A stretch of 64,000 nucleotides of DNA. It comes from Psammoneis japonica. Taxonomy: Eukaryota. This document shows positions 12,287 to 23,624 of this stretch, piece after piece. The stretch lies in the NCBI GenBank assembly GCA_008632985.1, contig QPGO01000015.1:249998-313997 (forward strand). Direction: 5' to 3'. A program made the position numbers and the translations under genes. The notes beneath the pieces were generated by a model. The model saw only the letters and a program-made list of their open reading frames with translations. It was not told the DNA's origin and did no database searches. Within the stretch, counting starts at the first letter, position 1, and each line of letters starts with the position of its first letter.

Positions 12287-13190
12287 ATGAGACAGCGCGT
12301 CAACAACAATCGTAATAGCAAGACCCGCAAAATGACCCGTATCAACGGTATCTATCAAGCTCTTGGAGGTCACATGCGGTCGCTCATGGCGGTTGGTGCG
12401 TTAGTGTTCATACTGGCGGTTTCACATCTTGCTTCCAAAGAACAGATTCCCTCGTCTTCACCTGGGCCGTTGAAAGATGCTTCAAGTGTCCCAATTTCGA
12501 AAGGAGAAATCCAAGGTGATGAAACAATACCATTCTACCTGTGCAAAGGTAGTGGTGACTTGGATATGGTGTTATTGCATGGAGCTGCCTTCACGAAGGA
12601 AGACTGGAAAACGAGCGGTTTGTTGCAAAGACTTAGCACAGTGCCCCAACTCGCGTCTGTGGTTGCGTTAGATTTGTCGCATCGGTCAAAGCATGACGGC
12701 TTAATGAAGGCACTAAATGCGTTACGAAAGAAGAAAATCATTTCTCGAACATCTCCAATTGCTCTCGTGACGCCCGTGAGTATTTCAAGCATGTATTTCG
12801 TGCTGTGCAACCAGAAACGCGGCTTTTCCTAACTAATATTCCATCTGACTTCATGTTCACAATTTGTTTCGTACACCACAGTCTGCCTCTGGGGAGTCCA
12901 TGGTTGACTGGGCATCCACATTGAAAGGAGATGAAATAGCCAAGTACATTAAATATTGGATTCCAGTGGCATCACCAGCCATTTCTCGCGCAGAAGCCGA
13001 GTGGTTCAAGAGTCTAGAAAAAGTAGAGATTATGGCAGTCTACGGATCAAAAGATGCTAGAGGTAAACAAGTTTCGCTTCGACTAGAACAATACACAAAA
13101 GCCCAGGTGGTCGAAATAAATGGTTCACATCCGTGCTATCTTGACAGCCCCGACTCGTTTGTGTCAGTTGTTAACGAATTTCTTCACTAA
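12287..13190 (+). CDS. ABHD14-like alpha/beta hydrolase with N-terminal membrane anchor, 2 exons
   Basis: Intron 12776..12881 restores LVTP|SASG (ABHD14 nucleophile motif). LLHGAAF, YGSKD and HPCYLDSP also present. Confidence 0.8.
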
Positions 13191-13293
13191 AACTCTATCT
13201 ACTAGATACGTTTTCATTTGTACCAAAAGTAGTTTGTGTTCGATAGATCTCTCAGAAAAAAGCTAAGGCATCAACAGGACTGACTGGGACTGC

Positions 13294-13349
13294 AGAAAAG
13301 CTGCTTAGAAAAGCTGCTTAGAAAAGCTGCTTAGAAAAGCTTCTTAGAA
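13294..13349. repeat. 13-bp tandem repeat (AGAAAAGCTGCTT) x~4
   Basis: Read directly; fourth copy has one substitution. Confidence 0.9.
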
Positions 13350-13509
13350 TGGAATTATCTGATTCAACTTGAAGCTTGCTAGTAGTAGGGTCTAAGAGTG
13401 CTCTCTATCTCTTTACTCTCGAGCGACTGTAGACCAAGACTGTAGTAAGAATAGAATTAGTAGCAAGCCAGTAGGTCTCTAGTTTTTATTGGTTAGGGAA
13501 ACTACCTAG

Positions 13510-14136
13510 CTAGCAGTACGCGCGCGTGAGAAGTTCACGTGCAACGTCATCTAGTGGCGCGGGGGGAGGGACAGACGCGGGGCAATGGCGGAACGGAGTC
13601 ATGTAGGTAGGAAAAGGGATGGATTTCGAGTTGGGGTTTGATGTTTGCGATTGTAGTTTGGTGGAGTAGCGGGTTAGTTGGTCAGCGAGCAATTTGGTGA
13701 TCGCGAGGCTCAGGCTTTGTAGACCCCATTGTGACGGTGTTGAGGAGTGGTGGGCCAGGCCAAAGCATTCGGCGGAGATGGTTTGCCAGGTGGCGGTGGC
13801 AGCAGGGAGGATGGCAGACGGGGATTGTTGGGCGCAGGCATATGCGGCATGGGCAGCTGGGTGTTGAAAACAGGTTTCAGTGTTCCAAGGTGGGGCAGGT
13901 GGAGCAGGGATGGGGAGGTCTTGGTTGGCGCCAAAAAGAAGGCGGTGGGCGAAGCAGCCTGGAGCTCCCAGGTGGTCGATGGTAAAGGGAATGAGGTAGA
14001 TACCGGCGTTGTTAAGGGCGGATGTAAGGGTTGCTTCGTGTTGGGTCTCGTGGGTTCCGTTGAACTTCCGTTTTGTGCTCGTGTGGTGTGCCTCGGTGTT
14101 TGTGCAACAGTCCATCCGTCGGATTACGAATTCCAC
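13510..14136 (-). mobile_element. Probable 3' fragment of a non-LTR retrotransposon ORF (RLE/CRE-like C-terminus)
   Basis: Pro/Ala/His-rich ORF without a convincing start; LIPFTIDHLGAPG..A..LL resembles the C-terminal PF..D..G..G motif of RLE-type LINEs. Strong strand skew. Confidence 0.5.
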
Positions 14137-14454
14137 ATGGAACTAGTGAATGTGAAGCAGCCGATAACCTATTGTAACATACCATTTGTAACCGAGCTTG
14201 AGGAAACCTTTTTATTCAACCACAACCGCAAATCTCCCGACATCAACATCACACAACATCACACATCACACATCATACGGTACAACATCATCCGATCCGT
14301 GTTGGTGCAAGAAGCGACTACAACAGCAGTGACAAGCTTGACCATTGGTACTCTATCGTTCCGACCTCTGGAATCTGCAGAGCACAGTTGAATACTTCAT
14401 AATTTGGGTAGAAGCGAGAAATACGAGCTAGGCTATTACGAATAATACATCACG

Positions 14455-16069
14455 ATGCGGTTTGGTTTGGCTTGGGCGATGTTGGCCCTCCAGATGGCAA
14501 ATGCTGCTGGTAAAACGGTGTTAATGGATACGTCAGGAGGCTTGAATCGACAAATTCCATCCGTTTCCACATCCAATGGTGTCGTGGCTGTTGTTTCTAG
14601 TCCTGGGACGCCGTCTCTGTTGACTTCGTCATCGGAAGTTTTGGCACTTGAAAAGGATGACGGGTCGCCTCTCTTGTCATGTCGTGGCGCAACATTGGGT
14701 GGGACTTCAACTTCAGAACGCGCTTCTCTCGCTGCAACATCGCTTGTAGCCGGTTCCATCATTGTGGATGGAATTACTGAGGGAGATGTGGAAGCTGGGC
14801 TTCGTTACACCCGTCACGCAAGAACTCTAACTGCGCTCTTCAGAGCACGTCTTGTTCATCCAACCGACAGTACACAATCAATCATTCTTTGTGTTGCTGG
14901 TCCTGTAAGCGACGAAGTTCAGTCTAGACTTAAAGCCGAAACAAAAGCAATCTTTGATGCTGCATCTGTCGAAAAGAAAGACAGTGCTGCCTCTCTTGCT
15001 GACATTTATGACATCCAGATTGTGCCCATGCAGTCGCAAAATGACGCAAACGAGGTACGTCAGCATTGCAACGCAAAGATCTTTGTTTCTTTAAATTGTT
15101 CTCATCAGTTAGGGTTGATTTCCATCTTTAATATCATAGGCCATTGCATTGGCTTCAAAAGCCGCACAGTCTCATGCAACCGCCTCTACGCTCAGTCAAC
15201 TGCTTTCTGATGCAACGACGCAGCTTCGCGAGTCCGGTGTTTCGGCAAAGGCGTTGGATCCACCGCAGGTAGCTCAAGCGTTTCTTAGCTGCCGACAGGC
15301 ATATTCCAAGCAAGCACGAACTGCTCGTGCAAAGCTTAGTGCTTGGAAGGGACGTGTATCACGAGGCTTGTGTGTGGACTCCTTCGGGAACGAAGCAGAA
15401 GGACTCATTCAAAGGACTCTTCAGGGATACGACACAGAGACTCTAGCAGCAGCGGGTTTGCCAGTAGTGGCTCCGACACGGTTGGAGCTGCGTGGACAGC
15501 TTCAGGCTTTGGTAGAAAGTGGTCTGAGAGAACTGCATTCTGTTCAGGCTTCCAACTTGGAAAAGACGGCACTCAAGAAGTTTAACGCCCAGCTGCTGAA
15601 GAAGGTAGGCACGCCCCAGGAGACAGATAACGAGGGAAATGCTGCTTTAATGAGAGGTGCTGCATTTGCATTTGAAACAGCTGTATCAGATTTAGATGTT
15701 CCTTCCCTTGGACTGACTAAGGACAACCCCATCCGTGAAATGAGGACGAGGATCAATGATGCTCTTGACGCGTTCCCGGACAGTCCTGCTGCCAAGATAA
15801 AGCGAATGAAGGGCGTGACAAAGACTACGAGCAAGGAACGCAAACCAGGCGAACGTTCAATGAATCTGGGTTTGGATTTGGTTGCCATGCTTAGGCCTGA
15901 TGGGTTCGGAAGTCTGCAAGGATTCTGTGGCTACCAACTCGGCGACAATAGTATTACGGTAGGCGTTCACAACGACGCGGATGACCCACAAGTTGTTTCT
16001 CAATTTGGGGGTGTCCGACCTCCTCTTTTGCGTGTCCAACCAAAGCTAAAGGTGGACGTTGAGCTATAG
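14455..16069 (+). CDS. Signal-peptide protein, 2 exons; helical region weakly like the Sey1/RHD3 middle domain
   Basis: Intron 15055..15139 joins the two ORFs in frame. SFG.EA..L...L..YD...R.QL...L..L...Q...L...AL..F pattern; no P-loop seen. Confidence 0.7.
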
Positions 16070-16842
16070 AGAGGTACAAGCCGGAGAAGTCAGATAGCGC
16101 TGTTCAATAGCGTCGGCGAACTACTAGCTAAAACTGGTGTTACTACTACAACTACTACAACTAGCTCTAGAGAGAGTAGTAGAGACTTTCAAGTGAGGAC
16201 TTACCAGTGATATCCGTGATGATGCTTCAAAGCAGCATATGTCTGCAGATTTTGGGGGATGACAACTGCGAGCCACAAATTCCTCAGTTGGAATTCACGG
16301 TTCCTTCCGTTTGTAACTACGCAACCCCACGTTCGTTGGACGATTCCTGCCTCTAGTTCAACTTAAAATTCTTTTTCTTATTTGGAGCATCCATGTTTGA
16401 GAGGAGGGCGTGGTAAGCAGCTTGACGATCGAAGTCGGAAAGAAGCCTTGTACGAAACTACAGCTACGCGCAGCTGATGGGAAACAGGTTTCTTTCACGC
16501 AAGATCGCCGTTCGTACAATCGTGCCGCTGGCAAATTAGCTGTTCCTTAGATAATCGTGCAGCTTGCTGGGATTCTCTGAGTATCATTGCCGCTCTACTG
16601 TAAGCTCATCTCTCATCAGAGATTTACAACTCGAGTCAGGAACTAGCATAGTCAGATCCGATGCGGTTAGTAGTATTTTGGCCTATTGTTAGTTTGAGTC
16701 GATGCGATAGCAATTAAAAGCTTAACTCTTGAAGCCATCATCAACTGCTATCAAATTATGTGCGATGCCGCCACTTGAGGAAGCATTCTGCCTCATTCAT
16801 GGCTTCTATGGCTTAGGTGTTGAGCATTTCTCTTGCTCTACT

Positions 16843-17376
16843 CTACTCGCTACCATTTTGGGCATATCCATGCACATCGATTCTCTTGGAAAAGCGCATC
16901 CTACGCAAACGCCTAGATCTTGCTTCTCTCGCCCTTTTGAGATCACTCAAACAAAACTCGGTGGGGCCGGCTCTTGCGAATTCAGGAGGAGTTTGCGACT
17001 TTGATTCGGAAATTTTCCACCCGCCGTCCTCTTCATCACTTGGCCAATCATCTCGAGACTCGGTGACGCAACTAGTATGGACTTGCTTGTTCATATTGAT
17101 AAAGGTTTCATTTCGTGATTTAATGCTTGGACTCGTGACGGACTCAGCGCTTATTTCTGACAATGTCTCTTCTATCTGAGGACTTCTTCCAATAGCTATC
17201 CTGTACGGAATACCAAAGTAGTCAACAGGCTCATCACATAAGTTTCGTTCCTTTGGTCCATCATCTCTTTCCTCGATATCTTGCTCTCTATCGGAAGTAA
17301 CAGGGTCCCGAGAAGAGATTGAGAGAGGCGCCGGTAGATCATCGTCACGTCGTTGAAAGCTGTCGGATACCGACAT
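16843..17376 (-). CDS. Hypothetical low-complexity protein
   Basis: Acidic, Ser-rich ORF starting MSVSDSF; no domain recognised. Confidence 0.4.
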   Translation of the reverse strand: MSVSDSFQRRDDDLPAPLSISSRDPVTSDREQDIEERDDGPKERNLCDEPVDYFGIPYRIAIGRSPQIEETLSEISAESVTSPSIKSRNETFINMNKQVHTSCVTESRDDWPSDEEDGGWKISESKSQTPPEFARAGPTEFCLSDLKRAREARSRRLRRMRFSKRIDVHGYAQNGSE

Positions 17377-18729
17377 TGTCAGCGCAATCACTTTGTTTCT
17401 ATTTTTTGCTGTGGCGTGCCTTGAGCGCTTGGCACACGTCGTCTCGTTTCATCAAATGGTGAGAGGCACGTTGGTAGCTCCTCACAAGGAAACAAAGTTG
17501 AGTCCGAAGACAACGCGTCTCCGCAACGTTAAAATGAAAAATGAGAGATTTCTGTTTGAATGGCAAGAGGTTTTCCTTCTTCACACTCAACCTTCGTCTC
17601 CGACAAATGCAAGATGTTTCGAGTTGGAGTGAGGGAACTAGCTACTCTAGCTCTCTACTCTTAGAGGGAGTTGTGCATGGATATTCCAAATAATTTTGTG
17701 AGACACGGAATCGCCAATCAAGAACGCAACGCCATTTCTATATTGATTTCTATATCATTATTAATACAATATTTAAATGACGATTTCCGTTGAGGACATT
17801 TTTGGACGCGCGGAATGGTCAGCGTGTGTGCCGACACAGGCCGACACATCACACTGGCTGAACTGTTCGTTGCTAATTCTCCCTGTCCTCAGGGTCAAGC
17901 ATCACCATCAGAGATCGGAGGGCTTCTTACGTTAGGTATCTGAGACTGTCCGGCAGTGAGTCATTGTTTTCAAACTTCTTACCACGAGTTGTCATCTTTC
18001 TTCATGCTGGGATGCTTGTGACGATTTTTTGCTTGCTCGAAAATGTCAGATTTCCAGTTTTTCTTTCTTCTGACGATTTTTGGCACGCCCGAAGGAATGC
18101 ATTTCCAATTTTTTTTCTGACAAATTTTCGCGCCAGCAAAATTTTCAGTTGAAATGGGTGTTTGTTCAGGGATGTCACTGAGTGCATTTCCAGTTTTTCT
18201 TTGCTTCTCTGATGATTTTTTCGGAAATCAGCCAGAAACATCATCGTTGCAGCAGCGAAGGGGCAAGGACAGACACATCCAACACCATCCGCAGCCTTGA
18301 ATGGATTGGAGTGCCAAGGGCATTCTCCGTTGCAACTCGTCACCTCCTGTTGAGGCCGGAGCAGGAGCTGCAATTTTGACACCTTCCCAACCCACAGGGC
18401 GGGGGCACACCCGCACCGGCACCCGCGCCGGCGGCCACCTCCTGAAAACCCGGGCCAGCCAGTCCTCAGACTGGCCTGCAGCCTGCCTCTGCCAGCTTGC
18501 AAGACCTGCATCAGCAGTGCCCCTGCAGTGATGAGCTGGGCAAGCCAGCAAAGGAACAGGTCAATCTCTTGCATCAGCCAGGCTCTGGCCCCAGTTGTCG
18601 CACACTTGCACAGGGAACCATGTCTGGCGGAGAATGTGGACCAGCTGCCCCATCCAGCTGCCAAGCCACTTAAAAGTCTCTGTGACAATGGAGCACCTGT
18701 CCAGTTTGCCACCCCAGACTTGATGCCAG

Positions 18730-19464
18730 CCCAGATCCAGATGGCCACCGACCGCGGCAGCCATCCGTCTGCACATGAGTGCCTGGGTTTTCTCAAGGCT
18801 GATGTGGTGGACATCATGATCCACAAGCACTGCTGGACTGTCCTGCTGCACTGCAAGGCTGCACAACTGCCGCACCTGTGCATGTCACCAATGGGCGTGG
18901 CACCGCAACACGACCGCCGTCCACGTGCCATCGTTGACTGCAGTTTCTGCAGCCTCAACAACGAGACCATCACGCAAGCCCCAACCGATGCCATGCAGTT
19001 TGGGTGCACACTCAACCATTTTCTACACAAGATTTTCTGTGCTGCCTGAAGCACAGCCCTGTCTGCATGCTCAAGCTGGACCTGTCATTCAGATGGACCC
19101 AGATCCAGATGGCCACCGACCGCGGCAGCCATCTGTCTGCACATGAGTGCCTGGGTTTTCTCAAGGCTGATGTGGTGGACATCATGATCCACAAGCACTG
19201 CTGGACTGTCCTGCTGCACTGCAAGGCTGCACAACTGCCGCACCTGTGCATGTCACCAATGGGCGTGGCACCGCAACACGACCGCCGTCCACGTGCCATC
19301 GTTGACTGCAGTTTCTGCAGCCTCAACGACGAGACCATCACGCAAGCCCCAACCGATGCCATGCAGTTTGGGTGCACACTCAACCATTTTCTACACAAGA
19401 TTTTCTGTGCTGCCTGAAGCACAGCCCTGTCTGCATGCTCAAGCTGGACCTGTCATTCAGACGG
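18730..19464. repeat. 368-bp tandem duplication inside the RT region
   Basis: 18730..19096 and 19098..19464 are near-identical, with three substitutions seen. Confidence 0.95.
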
Positions 19465-19564
19465 TTTCTGCCGGGTGGGCCTCCGGCTCCAAGACATGAC
19501 CAAGCTGGGGGTTGCCTTCCCAGTGGGCCCGGGCGAAGAACCCCTGATCGCCTCACCCTTGGTT

Positions 19565-19970
19565 TGACACATTCCAGCTCTGGGTGAGACCTTGCACTGT
19601 TGAACTGTGACGTGTTTGTTTTTTGTCATCCGTTGCATGTTTCTCATGCACATTTCTATGTGTTTTGTCACAAAAAATTGTTCCACAGCCACTGCCTGTT
19701 TTGCGAAGCCAAAGGCTTTTTTTCTGTTGTCTGCATTTGTGACAACAAAAATGTGCTGGGTGTGTTCTTCAATGTCTGAAGAATGCACCCGGGCATGCTG
19801 CAAAGAATGCGCTTCAAGTGTGGAGGAGGAGATGCGTTCGCAAAATTGCCTCTTTTTCTGTTGGCAATCATTCACACATCCATTGCTTGACAATTTTGCT
19901 GTGGAGCTCGCACGCAGAGTTCTGCAGGCCCAATGTCACAAAAAGTCCCACCTGGGGCTGGAACTCGTCG
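19565..19970. mobile_element. 406-bp MITE-like insertion with ~26-bp imperfect TIRs and GTT target-site duplication
   Basis: Left end TGACACATTCCAGCTCTGGGTGAGAC versus reverse complement of right end CGACGAGTTCCAGCCCCAGGTGGGAC. GTT at 19562-4 and 19971-3. Excision restores RT PLVLPMG. Confidence 0.85.
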
Positions 19971-21258
19971 GTTCTTCCCATGGGCCAAACGGAAAGCCCA
20001 CCGCACTTTTGCTTCAGCATGGAAACGGTCATGGATCTGGCAAACAACTGTGCACCAACCGTGTGGGACCCCCCACCTCACCCGCTTGAGTGGGCTGCGG
20101 CAACCCCGGCACCGGTGGACAGGTCCTTGCATGTCAACATGCCACCACCTCCTGGCAAGACTCCCATGCGTCAACTCGTCAACATCCCACTGCCGCAGTT
20201 GCTTCACCGCCATCATTGTCATGGCTCCCAACCACTGCAATGTTTCAACGTGCACGTCAACGATGAAATTGCGGCTGCTCAAGGAGCTGCAGCATGCCTC
20301 AACAAGGTCTGACAACACCTCCTGTACATCAACGCCCAAGTTTTCTGACCAAACACACCATCTGATGAACATTGGTGATGGGAATCTAACTCCCTCAAAA
20401 AGCTCTCCAAAGGTGATGCCTCCTGGTCCACCATCAAAGCAATCTTGGGTTGGATCATTGACACCCTGGCTGGGACAATCCAACTTCCCGTGTGTCGACA
20501 ACAACGATTGCTCTCCATCCTTGAGGACACCATTCCTTGCCGGCGTACATCCAACAAAACCACTCACAAGCTTTTGGGCGAAGTGCGCAGCATGTCATTG
20601 GCTGTCGCCGGCAGCGCTAGACTCCTGTCGAACTTGCAGCACTTGCTCACCATGTCTCGCAATTCATGCACAAAAATAAACAGCAATGCTCAATGCCAAC
20701 TGCAAGACCTCCATGCACTGGCAGTGGACATTGTGTCACAACCCACGAGGCTCACGGAGCTGTTCCCGGCTGCCGACGGGCACTGCTGCGGTGCTTGCGA
20801 TGCTGCAAAACCCGGGTTCGGCAGCGCGCTCCTTCCAGGGCCTGGCAAGTGCCACCACCCCCGGACCTCCAGGCATCCATCATTTTGGATGACAACCCAA
20901 CTGGCACCATCACCAACTCGGATCTTGGAACTCTCTCTGGCACTGTCACGCATGAAGCCGTTGTCGGCCGTGCCGTCAACGTCCGCGAGCGCTCGGTCCA
21001 CACGTGCTGTGACAACACCCCGTCAGTCTCCTGTCGCAGAAAGGGCTCCGTCACCACGGACGGCCCCGGCACCGACATTCTCCAAACTGGTGGTCTCCAA
21101 CAACGCCATCTCCGACACGTCTCCCGGCTGCACTGCACACCGGGGCCAGCCAACCTGTTGGCAGACACGTGCTCAGGACAGCACAGTGCACGCGCGCAAA
21201 AAAGTGACGCTCGACGCTCGACGCTTCAATCTCGATCCTCCAATCCGCACTCAGCGCC

Positions 21259-21615
21259 ATGTCGCACAAGACTTTACCGTCGCTGTTGCGTCACTTCATT
21301 GGATCAGAGGTAGTGGTAGAAATAAAGACAGGTCGCATGTACAGAGGGGAGCTGGTATCGACGGATGACTACATGAATGTATCACTGCAAGACGCAAAAC
21401 AAACACAGTTTCCAGAGTTCTCTCGCAAACGACCTCGAACCGAAGTGCCAGCCTCTGCCTCCGACTCCTTCTTATTCAACTGCATGCAGATCCGAGGCAG
21501 TAACATTCGTTATATTCACTTTCCAAACGAATTAGACTTGGCGGAAGGTGTGAGAGCTGGCTTAGACCGAGAGCGTGCTGCGGCGAACAAATATCGACGT
21601 GGACTTCGCAAATAA
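21259..21615 (+). CDS. Sm/LSm-fold protein, LSm10-like
   Basis: Sm1 (VVVEIKTGRMYRGELVSTDDYMNVSL) and Sm2 (IRGSNIRYIHFP) motifs. Confidence 0.8.
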   Translation: MSHKTLPSLLRHFIGSEVVVEIKTGRMYRGELVSTDDYMNVSLQDAKQTQFPEFSRKRPRTEVPASASDSFLFNCMQIRGSNIRYIHFPNELDLAEGVRAGLDRERAAANKYRRGLRK

Positions 21616-21771
21616 ATGAAGACCTCGCTTACTGTCGCAGCTTTCTTCTCCCTTTGTACAAGTAGAGGCCCATCACAAATCAATAAGAAACTCGTTTTCT
21701 CAAGAGCCTCAGGAAACTTTGGTATTATCGGTGTCAAATCTTGGCTCGGTCGGACGAGACTATTCTACAAA

Positions 21772-23181
21772 ATGTCCTTCTCCTCTTCTAATGCCGAGCA
21801 TTTAGCCGTGTGCTCAAAGTGCGGAGGTGAAGGTCGAATTTCACGACCACCCTCCAGAAAGGCTCGACTCAGATATAAGCGAGCGAGGACTGGCGATTTA
21901 CCGCCTCCTCGGTGGGAGCCATGCAGTACTTGTTCTTCAACAGGATTGACGAATACAAAGCCACCAGAACAAGCCCCGTTCAACGTGGCGATTATTGGCG
22001 GTGGTATTGGGGGGTTGGCTCTAGCTGTGGCGTGTCGACATCGCTCTATTCCGTGTACTGTGTACGAACGCGACTTGCACTTTGGTCAACGGTCACAAGG
22101 ATACGGATTGACGATGCAGCAAGCGTCCAAAGCTCTCAGGTCATTTGGTATTGATTTACAAGGGGGCATCACTTCCACGAAGCATGTAGTGCATACTCCT
22201 GACGGAGCTGTGGTAGGGGAGTGGGGCATGCGCAAATGGGGGGAGAGCCAAAAGAATCCTAAACGTCAGAACGTGCATATTGCACGGCAGGCACTCCGGT
22301 GCCAACTATTAGAAGAATATGGCGGTTCACAGTCGGTTGCATGGAATTGTAGGCTCTTGAAAATGGAAGCACGCGATGGTCGCACGGAGCTTACTTTTGC
22401 CAACTCCGGAGAAGGAGAGCAAGTAGTTACAGCTTGGGCAGATGTTGTGGTGGGAGCTGACGGTATTAGAAGCACTGTTCGTGATGCGATTGTGGGAGAG
22501 GTTGCGGCTCCTCTCCGATACTTGGATTGCATCGTCATCCTAGGAATATGTCCAAGGACTGAAATTCGATCAGAATCACCTCTGTTAGATGGAGAAACAG
22601 TCTTCCAAACCGCAGATGGTACAACTCGCCTTTATGCAATGCCGTACTCTAGGCACGAGTACATGTGGCAGCTGAGCTTCCCCATGTCGGAGGCCAGTGC
22701 CACAGAGCTAAGTCGGACCGGCTCATCTGCATTGAAAGATGAAGCAATCAACAAGTGCCGCTCGTGGCATGATCCCATTCTGAGTCTCTTGGAAGCTACA
22801 CCAAGAGATCTAGTTTCGGGTTACCCTGTCTATGACCGAGCGATCCTTAAACCTGAGATGCTCCAGAAGCAGGCTGTCACTTTGATTGGAGATGCAGCTC
22901 ATCCAATGAGTCCTTTCAAAGGTCAAGGCGCGAATCAAGCATTGCTTGATGCGCTCTCCCTTGCCCGAGCACTCTACAAAGCTGCGAGCTCAGACACGAT
23001 TGGCATTCGGGACAGTATTGAAAATTATGAGAAAGAAATGATTGAACGAACTTCTGTTAAGGTGCAAGCGTCCGCTGATGCTGCACGATTCCTGCACACA
23101 GACGTGGCGATTCAAGAAGGTAATGTCACTCGAGGTGCGGCGGCGATGAACGCTTTGAGGGAAGATAGTGATAATGCATGA
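21772..23181 (+). CDS. FAD-dependent monooxygenase with N-terminal CxxCxGxG..CxxC Zn-binding motif
   Basis: GGGIGG, VVGADG and GDAAHPMSPFKGQGANQA. CSKCGGEG and CSTCSSTG at the N-terminus. Likely start MSFSSS at 21772. Confidence 0.88.
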   Translation: MSFSSSNAEHLAVCSKCGGEGRISRPPSRKARLRYKRARTGDLPPPRWEPCSTCSSTGLTNTKPPEQAPFNVAIIGGGIGGLALAVACRHRSIPCTVYERDLHFGQRSQGYGLTMQQASKALRSFGIDLQGGITSTKHVVHTPDGAVVGEWGMRKWGESQKNPKRQNVHIARQALRCQLLEEYGGSQSVAWNCRLLKMEARDGRTELTFANSGEGEQVVTAWADVVVGADGIRSTVRDAIVGEVAAPLRYLDCIVILGICPRTEIRSESPLLDGETVFQTADGTTRLYAMPYSRHEYMWQLSFPMSEASATELSRTGSSALKDEAINKCRSWHDPILSLLEATPRDLVSGYPVYDRAILKPEMLQKQAVTLIGDAAHPMSPFKGQGANQALLDALSLARALYKAASSDTIGIRDSIENYEKEMIERTSVKVQASADAARFLHTDVAIQEGNVTRGAAAMNALREDSDNA

Positions 23182-23624
23182 TCTCTACTCTAGACTAGTA
23201 GAGCTTCTTCTACTTCTCCCTACTCTCTATCCGGGAATGACGGGAGTCGAATTATGCATCGTGTCTCAAGGTGGTTGTCAGGTCAACTTTATTGTTTTGC
23301 AGTGGCTATCTCTTCTTTTGAGCTTTTGTCATTCGAAGGCACAAGAGAAGTGCTGATCGACCGCCACCGACCATTTTTAATTGAATGTCGAGTGACCAAA
23401 GCTAGCGGCGGTGAGCAAAACTGTGTCAGTAAACTTTTAAACTGAAGGTTGAAGACCGAAGCCATTTCTTGTTGATCTTCACTATCAATGCAGAGTAGCA
23501 CAATGCCACAAGTGGTAATTCTTTGACTCCATTTTTTGTTTTGGTTCCTTGGGAAAAAGGCAAGTGTGGAATCCGCGAGGAGATGACAGACAGCGATCTC
23601 TCCATTGAATTGTAAAATGTAAAA

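Larger units (their letters stand above)
17950..21200 (+). mobile_element. Decayed DIRS/Ngaro-type (tyrosine-recombinase class) retrotransposon, RT-RNase H region; outer ends approximate
   Basis: Ordered motifs LPHPAA, RGSHPSA, SPMGVAPQHDRRPRAIVDCSF, AMQFG, PVCMLKLDLS, DGFCR, PLV/LPMGQTESPP, HVND (=YVDD), KKLSKGDASWST.K.ILGWIIDT, KLLGEVRSM, GACDA, ITNSDL, CDNTP, KGS, PG..N.LAD. No recombinase ORF visible. Confidence 0.85.

Noticed and set aside
18002..19422. Minus-strand 350-aa and 136-aa ORFs
   Set aside because: Antisense shadows of the plus-strand RT relic and its duplication.
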